In this document: piece by piece, positions 1 through 8,192 of the stretch | Numbering within the stretch: position 1 is the first letter of the stretch | Layout of the letters: each line of letters opens with the position of its first letter | NCBI GenBank assembly: GCA_045105515.1 | Contig: JBGCDR010000142.1 | Coordinates: 1 to 19,022 of the forward strand | Length of the DNA: 19,022 bases | From: Oligoflexales bacterium | GTDB taxonomy: Bacteria > Bdellovibrionota_B > Oligoflexia > Oligoflexales > Bog-1112 | Direction: 5' to 3' | Translations under genes and position numbers: made by a program | Notes under the pieces: generated by a model | What the model saw: only the letters and a program-made list of their open reading frames with translations | What the model was told of the DNA's origin: nothing | Database searches by the model: none

Positions 1-85
1 GTTTAATCATAGCATGTTGATATTACATATATATTATATGGCGGTTTTTTCTGTTTTTACATCATATCTTTTGCGGTTTCAGTGA

Positions 86-517
86 TTATACATGGAAAGT
101 AGGTGTTAATGGGAGCTTAATCTTCGTCTTGCCAGTATAGAGGGGAGGGTGTGGATCTTGAAGACAATTAGGAGCTGAAGGCAATTGGTAACTTACCGAG
201 AAGTCCCTCTCATATTTTTTCAGTATTGTTCGATTAGCAATCCCATGGGATTCACCATGCTGACTCACCATCAATAGAGGCACGAATTGCTGATAAAAGT
301 TCATAGGACCACAAGTTCCGGGCTCTGACCAAAAAGAGGGGGCGTTCTTTCTAATCAGTGCTTGTAATTCAGCGTCTGGCTCCTTCCCATAATCTTGCTC
401 ATTCCATTCTTTTTGCGGAAAGGTTAGTAATTCGAAGGCTTTTTTAATATCTTGGACATCTCTACTGCAACTTGTGCTTAGAATTAAAAGCACAATGAAA
501 ATTAATTGACCCAACAT
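86..517 (-). CDS. Putative lipoprotein of unknown function, possibly C-terminally truncated
   Basis: 143-aa ORF with a hydrophobic N-terminus ending in lipobox-like LSTSC. It ends abruptly in an AT-rich, non-coding-looking segment (1-100). Confidence 0.55.
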   Translation of the reverse strand: MLGQLIFIVLLILSTSCSRDVQDIKKAFELLTFPQKEWNEQDYGKEPDAELQALIRKNAPSFWSEPGTCGPMNFYQQFVPLLMVSQHGESHGIANRTILKKYERDFSVSYQLPSAPNCLQDPHPPLYTGKTKIKLPLTPTFHV

Positions 518-750
518 TTCATCCCATTAAACAAGATCTGCAAGTTCAGGGTTTTATCTTATCATTAAACATCCGCTCATTTACCCATAGAACTGTAAAC
601 CTAAAGGAATAAGGCAAGGCAGAATATTTAGATTCCTAAATAAATTTTTAAAAGGTTTATTCTAATTATTGGTTTGCATTAAATTGTAAGTGGCCTTACT
701 CATACGATGGCCAATTCTTCGGCAAATCACTGAGAAGGAACAAGGTCTTA

Positions 751-1695
751 ATGATTTCAAAAATAAAAATTGGCGTATCAAGTTGTTTGCTAGGTCAAAA
801 AGTAAGATTTGATGGGCAACACAAATACCACTGGTATATCAATGAAGTTCTCGGAAAGTACTTTGAATACATGCCCATTTGCCCAGAAGCAGAGGCAGGT
901 ATGGGAATTCCAAGAAAAACTGTTCGCCTTGTTGGCCCTCTTAAAGATCCAAATATGCTTGAGCCTCACTCCGGCGAGGATTGGACTGAACGAATTAACA
1001 AACTTGGACTGACAAAAGTTAAAATGCTTGGAGACTTATCTGGTTATCTATTTAAAAAAGGTTCGCCATCTTGCGGGGTCTTCAGAGTAAAGGTTTATCA
1101 AAAAAATGGGATTCCTTTGGCAAATGGTCAAGGCCTCTTTGCAAAACAAGTTATGCAAGCTTATCCGCTACTTCCTGTGGAAGAAGAAGGCCGTTTGAAT
1201 GACCATAAGTTAAGGGAGAACTTTTTAGAGCGGGTTTTTGGGTATCATCGTCTACAATGTCTTTCGCAAAAACGATTTCGCCGAGGAGATTGGGTTAAAT
1301 TTCATCAAGACAATAAATTCTTACTACTTTCACATGGGCGCAAACTTTATACTGAACTTGGTCAGCTAGTTGCGAATATCAAGGATTATAAGCCAAGGGA
1401 GTTCTTCTCCCTATATTCTAAAACATATATGGAAGCACTGAGTACAAAAACCACCATAAAGAAAAATGTTGACACTTTGATGCATATTTTAGGTTTTCTA
1501 AAAAAGCATCTCAATGGAAATGCTAAAACTTGCATATTAAATGAGATTGAAAATTACCGCTGTAGCATTCACCCATTAATTGTCCCTGTGAGCCTTCTTA
1601 AACACTATATCGAGATGTACGAAGTAGAATACATTAAAGATCAAACCTACCTGAATCCACATCCTTTTGATTTGAGCCTCAGAAATCATGTGTAG
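751..1695 (+). CDS. YbgA-family protein: DUF523 (TudS/thiouracil desulfidase-like Fe-S domain) plus DUF1722
   Basis: DUF523 motifs IGVSSCLLGQKVRFDG, PICPE, KKGSPSCG and LPVEEEGRLND..LRENF; DUF1722 motifs FHQDNKFLLLSH and HILGFLKK; typical C-terminus YLNPHPFDLSLRNHV; AAGGA upstream. Confidence 0.93.
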   Translation: MISKIKIGVSSCLLGQKVRFDGQHKYHWYINEVLGKYFEYMPICPEAEAGMGIPRKTVRLVGPLKDPNMLEPHSGEDWTERINKLGLTKVKMLGDLSGYLFKKGSPSCGVFRVKVYQKNGIPLANGQGLFAKQVMQAYPLLPVEEEGRLNDHKLRENFLERVFGYHRLQCLSQKRFRRGDWVKFHQDNKFLLLSHGRKLYTELGQLVANIKDYKPREFFSLYSKTYMEALSTKTTIKKNVDTLMHILGFLKKHLNGNAKTCILNEIENYRCSIHPLIVPVSLLKHYIEMYEVEYIKDQTYLNPHPFDLSLRNHV

Positions 1696-1799
1696 AAAGT
1701 AATGTCCTTATTGACAGAACTATAAATGCAGAGTATTTGATATCTCGGCCAAGTATTTGGCTACATTAAAACCAGAATAAATAGACATTAGGATCACAC

Positions 1800-2255
1800 A
1801 TGAGTAATCATCCAAGTCTAAAGCCAGTATTAAAGCAATATGCAAGAATCTCGCTTAAATCCATACAATTCTATAACGAAAAACATGAGTGGATCCTTGA
1901 TCAAGTTGTTTCTTCAAGCTATAGGGAATTCATTCTTAAAAAGGAGCTAACGACGGAAGGACTAAACCTCTTTCTTTTCATGTGCGAAGAATATTGCCGA
2001 CTTCTCAGAAAAAAAGCTAAATCTCTTAAAAAAACTGAAATACATAGTGAAATATGTTCACCTCCTGCAAAGCTAGATCAAATCATAGACTTGGTACATT
2101 ATCTCGAACTAGCAAATTTCCCAAGAAACGAAATTGGCAAGCTGTATTACTTTGAACAAAAAAAACCAAAGAAAATATCTGAACTGCTGAATGTTAATAT
2201 TAACACCGTAAAATATCATATAAAAATTTTGAAACGCACCTGTTTTAATTTGTGA
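1800..2255 (+). CDS. Divergent ECF-type sigma factor-like / sigma region-4 HTH protein
   Basis: C-terminal LYYFEQKKPKKISELLNVNINTVKYHI fits the sigma-70 region 4.2 HTH pattern; 151 aa is ECF-sized; region 2 only weakly recognisable; AGGA RBS upstream. Confidence 0.5.
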   Translation: MSNHPSLKPVLKQYARISLKSIQFYNEKHEWILDQVVSSSYREFILKKELTTEGLNLFLFMCEEYCRLLRKKAKSLKKTEIHSEICSPPAKLDQIIDLVHYLELANFPRNEIGKLYYFEQKKPKKISELLNVNINTVKYHIKILKRTCFNL

Positions 2256-2348
2256 TTACAAAAATCTAAGTCCTTTTTATTTGATGAAGTCATCAAAAAG
2301 TTGTAGCTTAAAGGTAACGATTTAAGAAACTAATCATTTGGACACACC

Positions 2349-3128
2349 GTGGACCATCAATGGACTCGACTATCATTTTCGTTGGTACTTTTTGTTATAC
2401 TTGCGGGCCTAGAATATTGGATTCCGCGCAGAAAAAGGGCCATCAAACGCAGAGATCGTTGGTCAGTAAACCTTAGCATCATCGCATTAAATGCACTATT
2501 ATTTAGTGTGTTATTTTCTCCCTATTTGTTTAGTGAATATATTGCTAGGCAACAATACGGGCTTATGAATTATTTTAAGCCTACTACAATAGTTCATATT
2601 TTGCTGACAATCCTATCATTAGATTTATGGATCTATCTCCAGCATCTTGTTTTTCATCGTGTTAACTTCCTCTGGAAAATCCATAAAGTTCACCACTCGG
2701 ATCAAGACTTAGATGTTAGTTCTGGTTTAAGATTTCATCCAATAGAAATATTTCTCTCCTTGATTCTCAAATCCATATGTATTGGTTTGATCGGGGCCAA
2801 TCCTTTTGGGGTAATAGCATTTGAGGTAATCCTCAACGGTTGTTCTCTATTCAATCACTCAAACATATTCATTAAAGAAAAATGGGATCACATTTTACAG
2901 CGTATTATTGTAACTCCTGATATGCATAGAATACATCACTCTACTGAAATAGATGAAACGAACTCTAACTACGGTTTTAGTCTAAGCTGCTGGGATCATA
3001 TATTCCGCACCTACAAAGATAAGGCACTAAAAGGGCAACTTGGGCTTAGCATTGGTCTATTAGAATATCCTTACCCTAACGAAAAAATAAATTTACAAAA
3101 AATTATAAAGATTCCATTCGCAAAATAA
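2349..3128 (+). CDS. Sterol desaturase / fatty acid hydroxylase superfamily membrane protein
   Basis: His boxes HLVFH, HKVHH, FNHSN and HRIHH; RFHP and NSNYGF..S.WD motifs; several TM segments; GTG start. Confidence 0.92.
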   Translation: MDHQWTRLSFSLVLFVILAGLEYWIPRRKRAIKRRDRWSVNLSIIALNALLFSVLFSPYLFSEYIARQQYGLMNYFKPTTIVHILLTILSLDLWIYLQHLVFHRVNFLWKIHKVHHSDQDLDVSSGLRFHPIEIFLSLILKSICIGLIGANPFGVIAFEVILNGCSLFNHSNIFIKEKWDHILQRIIVTPDMHRIHHSTEIDETNSNYGFSLSCWDHIFRTYKDKALKGQLGLSIGLLEYPYPNEKINLQKIIKIPFAK

Positions 3129-3170
3129 GATCCCACTCAATTATTTTGTAACAATTGATCAATCATCTAT

Positions 3171-3198
3171 TTGCAAAAAAAAATGCTGGAGTTAGAAT
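3171..3198 (+). promoter_or_regulatory. Candidate sigma70 promoter for the 63-aa ORF
   Basis: TTGCAA-16 nt-TAGAAT about 100 nt upstream of ATG 3296. Confidence 0.35.
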
Positions 3199-3295
3199 AG
3201 GGTACGTTAACTATTAAACAAATTTAGGCATACTTTCCCTCAAAAGATCGGAAGGTTGTAAGATATTTTAGCTAAGTCAAAATAAGAGGTTATCA

Positions 3296-3487
3296 ATGAA
3301 ATTTATGGCATACGGTAAGGTTTTTAAAGTTACCAAGAATAAGGAGCCTGGCTGGTGGGAAATCATTGAACAATGTCCTTATTCATTTTCAATACTTCGT
3401 TGTGCAGAGACGGCAGAGGAAGCATTTCAAAATTTTATTAAGGACTATCGAATTGAATATAAAGCTATTCTTAACTACGATTTATAA
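3296..3487 (+). CDS. Small hypothetical protein (63 aa)
   Basis: AAGAGGT RBS 5 nt before ATG, candidate promoter upstream, protein-like composition. Confidence 0.6.
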   Translation: MKFMAYGKVFKVTKNKEPGWWEIIEQCPYSFSILRCAETAEEAFQNFIKDYRIEYKAILNYDL

Positions 3488-3535
3488 AAGCAATCATCAA
3501 TAGTCTATTTTAGATATTTTTAATATTTTATTCGG

Positions 3536-3637
3536 TAGTGAAAAAGCGGAAGATCCATCATAGATCAAAGCATATTGAGATAGGATATCTTCTTATCAGG
3601 TAGCTTCTTTGAATCGTATCAAAACCGCTGTTCACTA
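3536..3637. repeat. ~100-nt imperfect inverted repeat (long bulged hairpin) between convergent small genes
   Basis: Nested complementary blocks TAGTGAA/TTCACTA, AGCGG/CCGCT, GAT/ATC, CAAAG/CTTTG and GATAGGA/TCTTATC (one G-T) closing a 5-nt loop. Confidence 0.5.
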
Positions 3638-3652
3638 AGAAAATTTCGTGGT

Positions 3653-3829
3653 TTAAACTAGCTTCTTTTTTGCTGCATTTATCTGCTGCAATATTCGTTC
3701 TGATTCTGCAATCAATTCTCCATAGAGTCTTATATTTCCACTTCTCTGAGCAAAAATCGCTTCTTCGAATTTCTGGTCATAGAGTCTCTGTAACTTTCTG
3801 ACTTCATCGAATTTTAGCCAAGAGTACAT
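3653..3829 (-). CDS. DUF6435 / Lacal_2735-like small protein (58 aa; absent from ORF track)
   Basis: Hand translation MYSWLKFDEVRKLQRLYDQKFEEAIFAQRSGNIRLYGELIAESERILQQINAAKKKLV*; strong AAGGAG RBS; matches my recollection of the family pattern (KL...Y..K.EEA..AQR.G.IR.Y..L.AE.E.I). Confidence 0.8.
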   Translation of the reverse strand: MYSWLKFDEVRKLQRLYDQKFEEAIFAQRSGNIRLYGELIAESERILQQINAAKKKLV

Positions 3830-4338
3830 AATAAGCTCCTTTTCTACTATATTGCTATAATAAACTACCCCTCATGCGTCTTTTGACTAGAAAGGGGCAA
3901 AAAAAGAAAAGTTAAAGAATTATCTGAGTAAATTAAGGAAAATGTGCATTCCCAAACAAGATAGAAATTTTCTACAAAGTTTAGCCACCAAGCTTCAATA
4001 CTGGATTCTAATTTATAAGATTTAATTTTGCTGGGATACCGATAGGTTGCCACAGCCCTCCCTAGTCGTGTAGCCATATGCCTCACGGTCTAGTTTTTTT
4101 TCTCTTCCCACTTAATACTAACAGTAAGCAAGCTTTTATCCTACATATTAGAGATAAAAACTAAGAGGCAACAATTAAAAATTCCACCGGCTCAAATGAC
4201 GGCTAATTTAAGGAATTCTCATTATTAATTTAATACAATGCAAAAATTTTAATAAATAGAAAAAAACAGAATTATAATAATTAGTAATATTAAAGAATCC
4301 AAAACAACTGATTAATTATCTTTTAAAAAGGCTATAAT

Positions 4339-4590
4339 ATGTAAGTTTTTTTGATACTTTCTATGTTGATTTTTGGAAGCTACCAAGAAGAAGATAGTGA
4401 TTAAAATCCCATTATCGAATTCATAAACTTGCCTGTTAAAAATATTACAACATCTAACGCCATTTTTAAGTTTGAAAGCTCGACACCTACTAATTTTGAA
4501 GCTTAATTTGGCTTAGACAAAAATTTTCTGAATAAAATCACAACGGACTTCAGTATGACGAAAGATTGAAAATATACCTTAGAAAAAAGA
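4339..4590 (+). pseudogene. Decayed gene for a secreted/lipoprotein with an FN3-like (purple acid phosphatase N-terminal-like) domain
   Basis: One frame reads M*VFLILSMLIFGSYQEEDSD*NPIIEFINLPVKNITTSNAIFKFESSTPTNFEA*FGLDKNFLNKITTDFSMTKD*KYTLEK, with stops at 4342, 4402, 4504 and 4567. AAAGG lies upstream. It aligns by eye with the FN3-like domain of the FG-GAP protein in this window. Confidence 0.6.
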
Positions 4591-4617
4591 CTTTCTACAG
4601 GGAGAAGTAAAGAAAAT

Positions 4618-5037
4618 TTAGCTTACGCTCGCAGAATTAACAATTTTTAAGTTCGCTCTTTCTGGGTTAAGAATAGAAAAAGCACCTTTTTCATTAACTC
4701 TAAATATATTTGCAACAATCTTTTGACCATAAAGTCTCTCAAACAGTTCTTTTTCTGTGAAGGCTTCTGAAAAAGTTTTGAAATGATGGAGATCGTGGGT
4801 ATCTGCCTGAGAATCTAAAATTTCAAGACAAAAGCACTCATTTTTATAAATCTTTTCTGGCCTGAGCAGGTACTTTTCTTTTAATTGGCCTAAGGAATCA
4901 AAATGTTGAAATGGACCATACATTCCCCCAAGAGGCTTAACTTCCCAAAGGGAAAAAGTTTCAGAAAAGCTACAAGAAAATCCTTTCTCCCTTAGAGCTC
5001 TTCTAATTTTTTCAAGACAATAATCATGCTCAGACAT
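4618..5037 (-). CDS. Hypothetical protein (139 aa)
   Basis: Uninterrupted ORF with no competing long ORF; no family recognised. Confidence 0.6.
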   Translation of the reverse strand: MSEHDYCLEKIRRALREKGFSCSFSETFSLWEVKPLGGMYGPFQHFDSLGQLKEKYLLRPEKIYKNECFCLEILDSQADTHDLHHFKTFSEAFTEKELFERLYGQKIVANIFRVNEKGAFSILNPERANLKIVNSASVS

Positions 5038-5290
5038 ATTTCTTAGACCCTTTTTCCACTGGCTATTTAAGGCTCATCTTTTAGTACAAAACAGCGCCAA
5101 TGTCTACCAACAAGGAACAGATCAGGTATTTCATAAAAAATTAGGTAGCTTACAATGACATATTAAATTGTAAGTTTAACAATTCAGAAATCTCAACAAA
5201 CTCTTACCTCTCAAGTCCTTTATCTAGAAAACTAGGAGCCCAATCTGAAATTTTATTAGCCATGAACTTATCGTCAAGCCCAGGTCTATA

Positions 5291-5337
5291 GAAAAAGCAA
5301 AAGTGATTTTTTCTGATCCGGGTTTGGAACTTTTGCT
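5291..5337 (-). terminator. Possible terminator after the transglutaminase gene
   Basis: 9-bp inverted repeat AGCAAAAGT (5296-5304) / ACTTTTGCT (5329-5337) followed by a T-run on the minus strand. The loop is atypically long (24 nt). Confidence 0.25.
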
Positions 5338-7276
5338 ATCTCTTCCTGGTATCAAGAAAAGCTAAGAATAGGAACCACCAATCACTAGCCCTGCTAGTTG
5401 GATCATAACGCCTGACTAACCACGCTTGAATAAACCTTTGGTGTGCTTCAAAGTTAGTAACCTTAAATTTCTCTAGATCTTGCATAATGCCTTCTTTGAA
5501 GAACAAGCTCTGTGGCTTAAACCCAAAGCCTGAATAGTTCTTTACATAAAATTTAAACAAGATATCAAGGATTTTTATCCAAATTCGTTTTCGGGAATTG
5601 AATATAGGTATCAAGATAAGTAAAGCAACCAGCAAGAATAAAAGGAGTGTCATATAATGGCTTTCAAAAACTCCCTTTGCAATTTCAACTAACTCATCAA
5701 TAAACTTGTCTCCTATACTTTGAATATAAAATGCCCACTGCTTTGCTCGACGTAGACCTTGCCAAAAAAAAACCCTTAAAACATCCGGTAATAGCGTAGC
5801 TAAGGAACCTCGCTCCATGAGACTAAAGTAGCGTTGTCCTCCCCATTTCAAACGCTCAGGTGCAATAAATGCAATTGCATCGTATCTTTGCCAAACCTTT
5901 GCTTCTTCAGACCATACCTCTAACCAGGCATGAGCATCCTTTCCTGTCAGCTCCCATAAACCCGGTTCACTAGCAGGCTCCCCACCTTGAAAACCTGTGA
6001 CAACACGAGCTTGATACCCTGCCAATTGAAATAGGTATGCCGTGACTGCAGCATAATGTTCACAAAACCCAGTCCTTGTTTCAAAAAGAAATTGGTCAGC
6101 TGAATATATTTTTCCAGGAGAGAGAGAATAAATAAACCGATTCTCCTGAAAAAAATTAGCAATCTGTTGAAAAAAATCTTCAGGTGTATGGCTATTACGC
6201 TGCCAACTGGAAATCAAAGCTTGCACCCTTTCTGAAGGAGTGCTTTTAGATCCCAAATTGGCAGCCGGATGAACAGTGCTATCTCCTCTATTAAATGGTG
6301 CCATATTACTTACAAGTGTAATAGACTCACCCTCCTTTGGTACCTCAACCATTTGCAAGGCACCATCTGTATTTACTAGGTAAGAGTCTGATTCAGACTT
6401 ATGGACCCCAGTAAAGAACTCAAGTGTCGGAATTATTGGATAGAGATTTTTGTCAGGCCATAAGTTATAGAGAATTGCCCTAGTATTATCCTCAATTTCA
6501 ATTTTTTCTGCTTCTTTCAATATAGTCTTTTCTGCTAATTTCCAATTTAGTCCATCACCAGTAGGAAAAATCTGCGTCCGCCAATAAAATTGGTCTCTTA
6601 TGGGCAGGTGTTTACTTAAGAATCTTACAGTAAACATAGGACGATCACTGAGGATGAGTCTATCAATTTTCCCAGGCTTAACCTCTTCAGCAAAGGAAGC
6701 CCCGCTAAAGCTTGCATCAAAGCGGTTGTTATTCTTAAAACTTAAAGCTGGAATCAATCCATAGAAGACAATGATAAAAGGAATTGTTTGAACCAAAACC
6801 TTAAACATACTTCCCGTTAAATCTTTCAAACTTCCTAAACTCAAAGGATATTGTTCAATCAAAAAAATGAGAGCAATCACAAAAAGGGAATCAAAAAACA
6901 TTAGAATAAATATAAAAACAGAATTCTGATTGTAAAGAACCAAACCAAGAACAAATAAGTGAATAACGAAGATATTTTGGACAAATTCTTTCCGCAGAGG
7001 TCTAAATAGCATTAAAACTGAAACAAAGGTACAAATTATCTGAATATTATCTATCGAAATAAATCGACTTCCACTAAGCCCCAACAAGAGTGGGACTAAG
7101 AAGATAATAGTAAATAGTAGAATTAAAAAAGAAAGGTTCTTATTATAAACTAAACGTCCCAATAGAATAAATGCAAGCAGTAGCATGACCCAAAGTGATT
7201 TCCAGGTCAAGAGTACCAACCAAAAAGACTGGATCATAAGGCATAAAAAAATCGGTCTAGAGGTGCTTATGTCCAT
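5336..7276 (-). CDS. Membrane-anchored transglutaminase-like protein (TgpA family; DUF3488 plus transglutaminase core)
   Basis: N-terminal multi-TM region; YWR motif; catalytic triad motifs GFCEHYA (Cys), DAHAWLEV (His) and RYDA (Asp); ARVVTGFQGGE; canonical position after MoxR and DUF58. Confidence 0.92.
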   Translation of the reverse strand: MDISTSRPIFLCLMIQSFWLVLLTWKSLWVMLLLAFILLGRLVYNKNLSFLILLFTIIFLVPLLLGLSGSRFISIDNIQIICTFVSVLMLFRPLRKEFVQNIFVIHLFVLGLVLYNQNSVFIFILMFFDSLFVIALIFLIEQYPLSLGSLKDLTGSMFKVLVQTIPFIIVFYGLIPALSFKNNNRFDASFSGASFAEEVKPGKIDRLILSDRPMFTVRFLSKHLPIRDQFYWRTQIFPTGDGLNWKLAEKTILKEAEKIEIEDNTRAILYNLWPDKNLYPIIPTLEFFTGVHKSESDSYLVNTDGALQMVEVPKEGESITLVSNMAPFNRGDSTVHPAANLGSKSTPSERVQALISSWQRNSHTPEDFFQQIANFFQENRFIYSLSPGKIYSADQFLFETRTGFCEHYAAVTAYLFQLAGYQARVVTGFQGGEPASEPGLWELTGKDAHAWLEVWSEEAKVWQRYDAIAFIAPERLKWGGQRYFSLMERGSLATLLPDVLRVFFWQGLRRAKQWAFYIQSIGDKFIDELVEIAKGVFESHYMTLLLFLLVALLILIPIFNSRKRIWIKILDILFKFYVKNYSGFGFKPQSLFFKEGIMQDLEKFKVTNFEAHQRFIQAWLVRRYDPTSRASDWWFLFLAFLDTRKR

Positions 7277-8192
7277 ATTGTGTCAATGCCTTTAAACTGG
7301 TAGACAAACTCGTAATAGGTTTATGGTTAGCCCCTAAATACAAACTGTAAGCTGATCCTTGTTTTTCAGCTTGAATAACCCATAAAGCAAGCTGTCTAAG
7401 TTTTACCAATAAATGTCTTGCTGGAACCATTTCCAAATTAAAAACATAGTCAAAGGATACCTGACTGCTCCATTCTTTAATCAACCATTCACGACTGCGT
7501 GCTGCTGCTTTCCAATCTACGTGCTGCATGGAATCCCCTGCCCTAAAAGGCCTTAGTCCATAATAGTCATCAGGATCAGAATTGTTCGGCAATTTTTTTT
7601 GTTTTTGAGTGCCGTCATTTATTGCACGCTGCTGCGAATCTAATTTTTTTCCTAAAGGTTTGGGATGAGCATAAATCTCGGCAGTACATGCAATCAGGGT
7701 CCAAGTTTTGAATATACCAAGAGGATAGCTACTACTAACTTTAATAGTGTCAATAAGAGTGATTCCACAAGTTTTTAAGTTGATGGGAACGAAACAAGTT
7801 ATTTCTCGATCTTTTGCAATATTAATTTGCTCTGCGAATCCAAGTTGCTGCTTATTCCCCCAACATTCTATACGCAAATTGATGCATTCACTCCCAGTTT
7901 TACTTCTGAGTAAAATAGGTAAATTTAATTCTTGATCTTCACAAGCAAGAAACTCTGCAGGATATTCAACTGCTACTTGACTTAAATTGCCGTTGGTCAT
8001 CAGCATAGTCATAATTCCAAGACTGACTAACAACATAGTATAAGCAAAAAGGGCTACACTGTTATTAATACCTGCGACAACTAACAAGGTAAGAATAGTG
8101 AATGTGTAAATAAAACCCATGAACTTTGGGACTAAATATACGAAACCCTTTTTGGGTTTTATTTTAAATCTTTTAAACAAGGGCTTTACCAA
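7257..8192 (-). CDS. DUF58 domain protein (MoxR-associated)
   Basis: Two N-terminal TMs, SSYPLGIF and DDYYGLRPFRAGDSMQHVDWKAAAR signature; overlaps both neighbours. Confidence 0.92.
   Translation of the reverse strand: MVKPLFKRFKIKPKKGFVYLVPKFMGFIYTFTILTLLVVAGINNSVALFAYTMLLVSLGIMTMLMTNGNLSQVAVEYPAEFLACEDQELNLPILLRSKTGSECINLRIECWGNKQQLGFAEQINIAKDREITCFVPINLKTCGITLIDTIKVSSSYPLGIFKTWTLIACTAEIYAHPKPLGKKLDSQQRAINDGTQKQKKLPNNSDPDDYYGLRPFRAGDSMQHVDWKAAARSREWLIKEWSSQVSFDYVFNLEMVPARHLLVKLRQLALWVIQAEKQGSAYSLYLGANHKPITSLSTSLKALTQYGHKHL

Noticed and set aside
809..1012. 67-aa alternative-frame ORF inside ybgA
   Set aside because: Nested in a well-supported gene; no motifs.
3536..3637. Hairpin as SRP (4.5S) or 6S RNA
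   Set aside because: Lacks the SRP domain IV motif and is too short for 6S.
3865..4086. 73-aa minus-strand ORF (possible GAGG-cat-ATG start at 4077)
   Set aside because: No recognisable features, very short RBS spacing, and the 3' half runs through T-rich promoter-like DNA. Cannot support, though not excluded.
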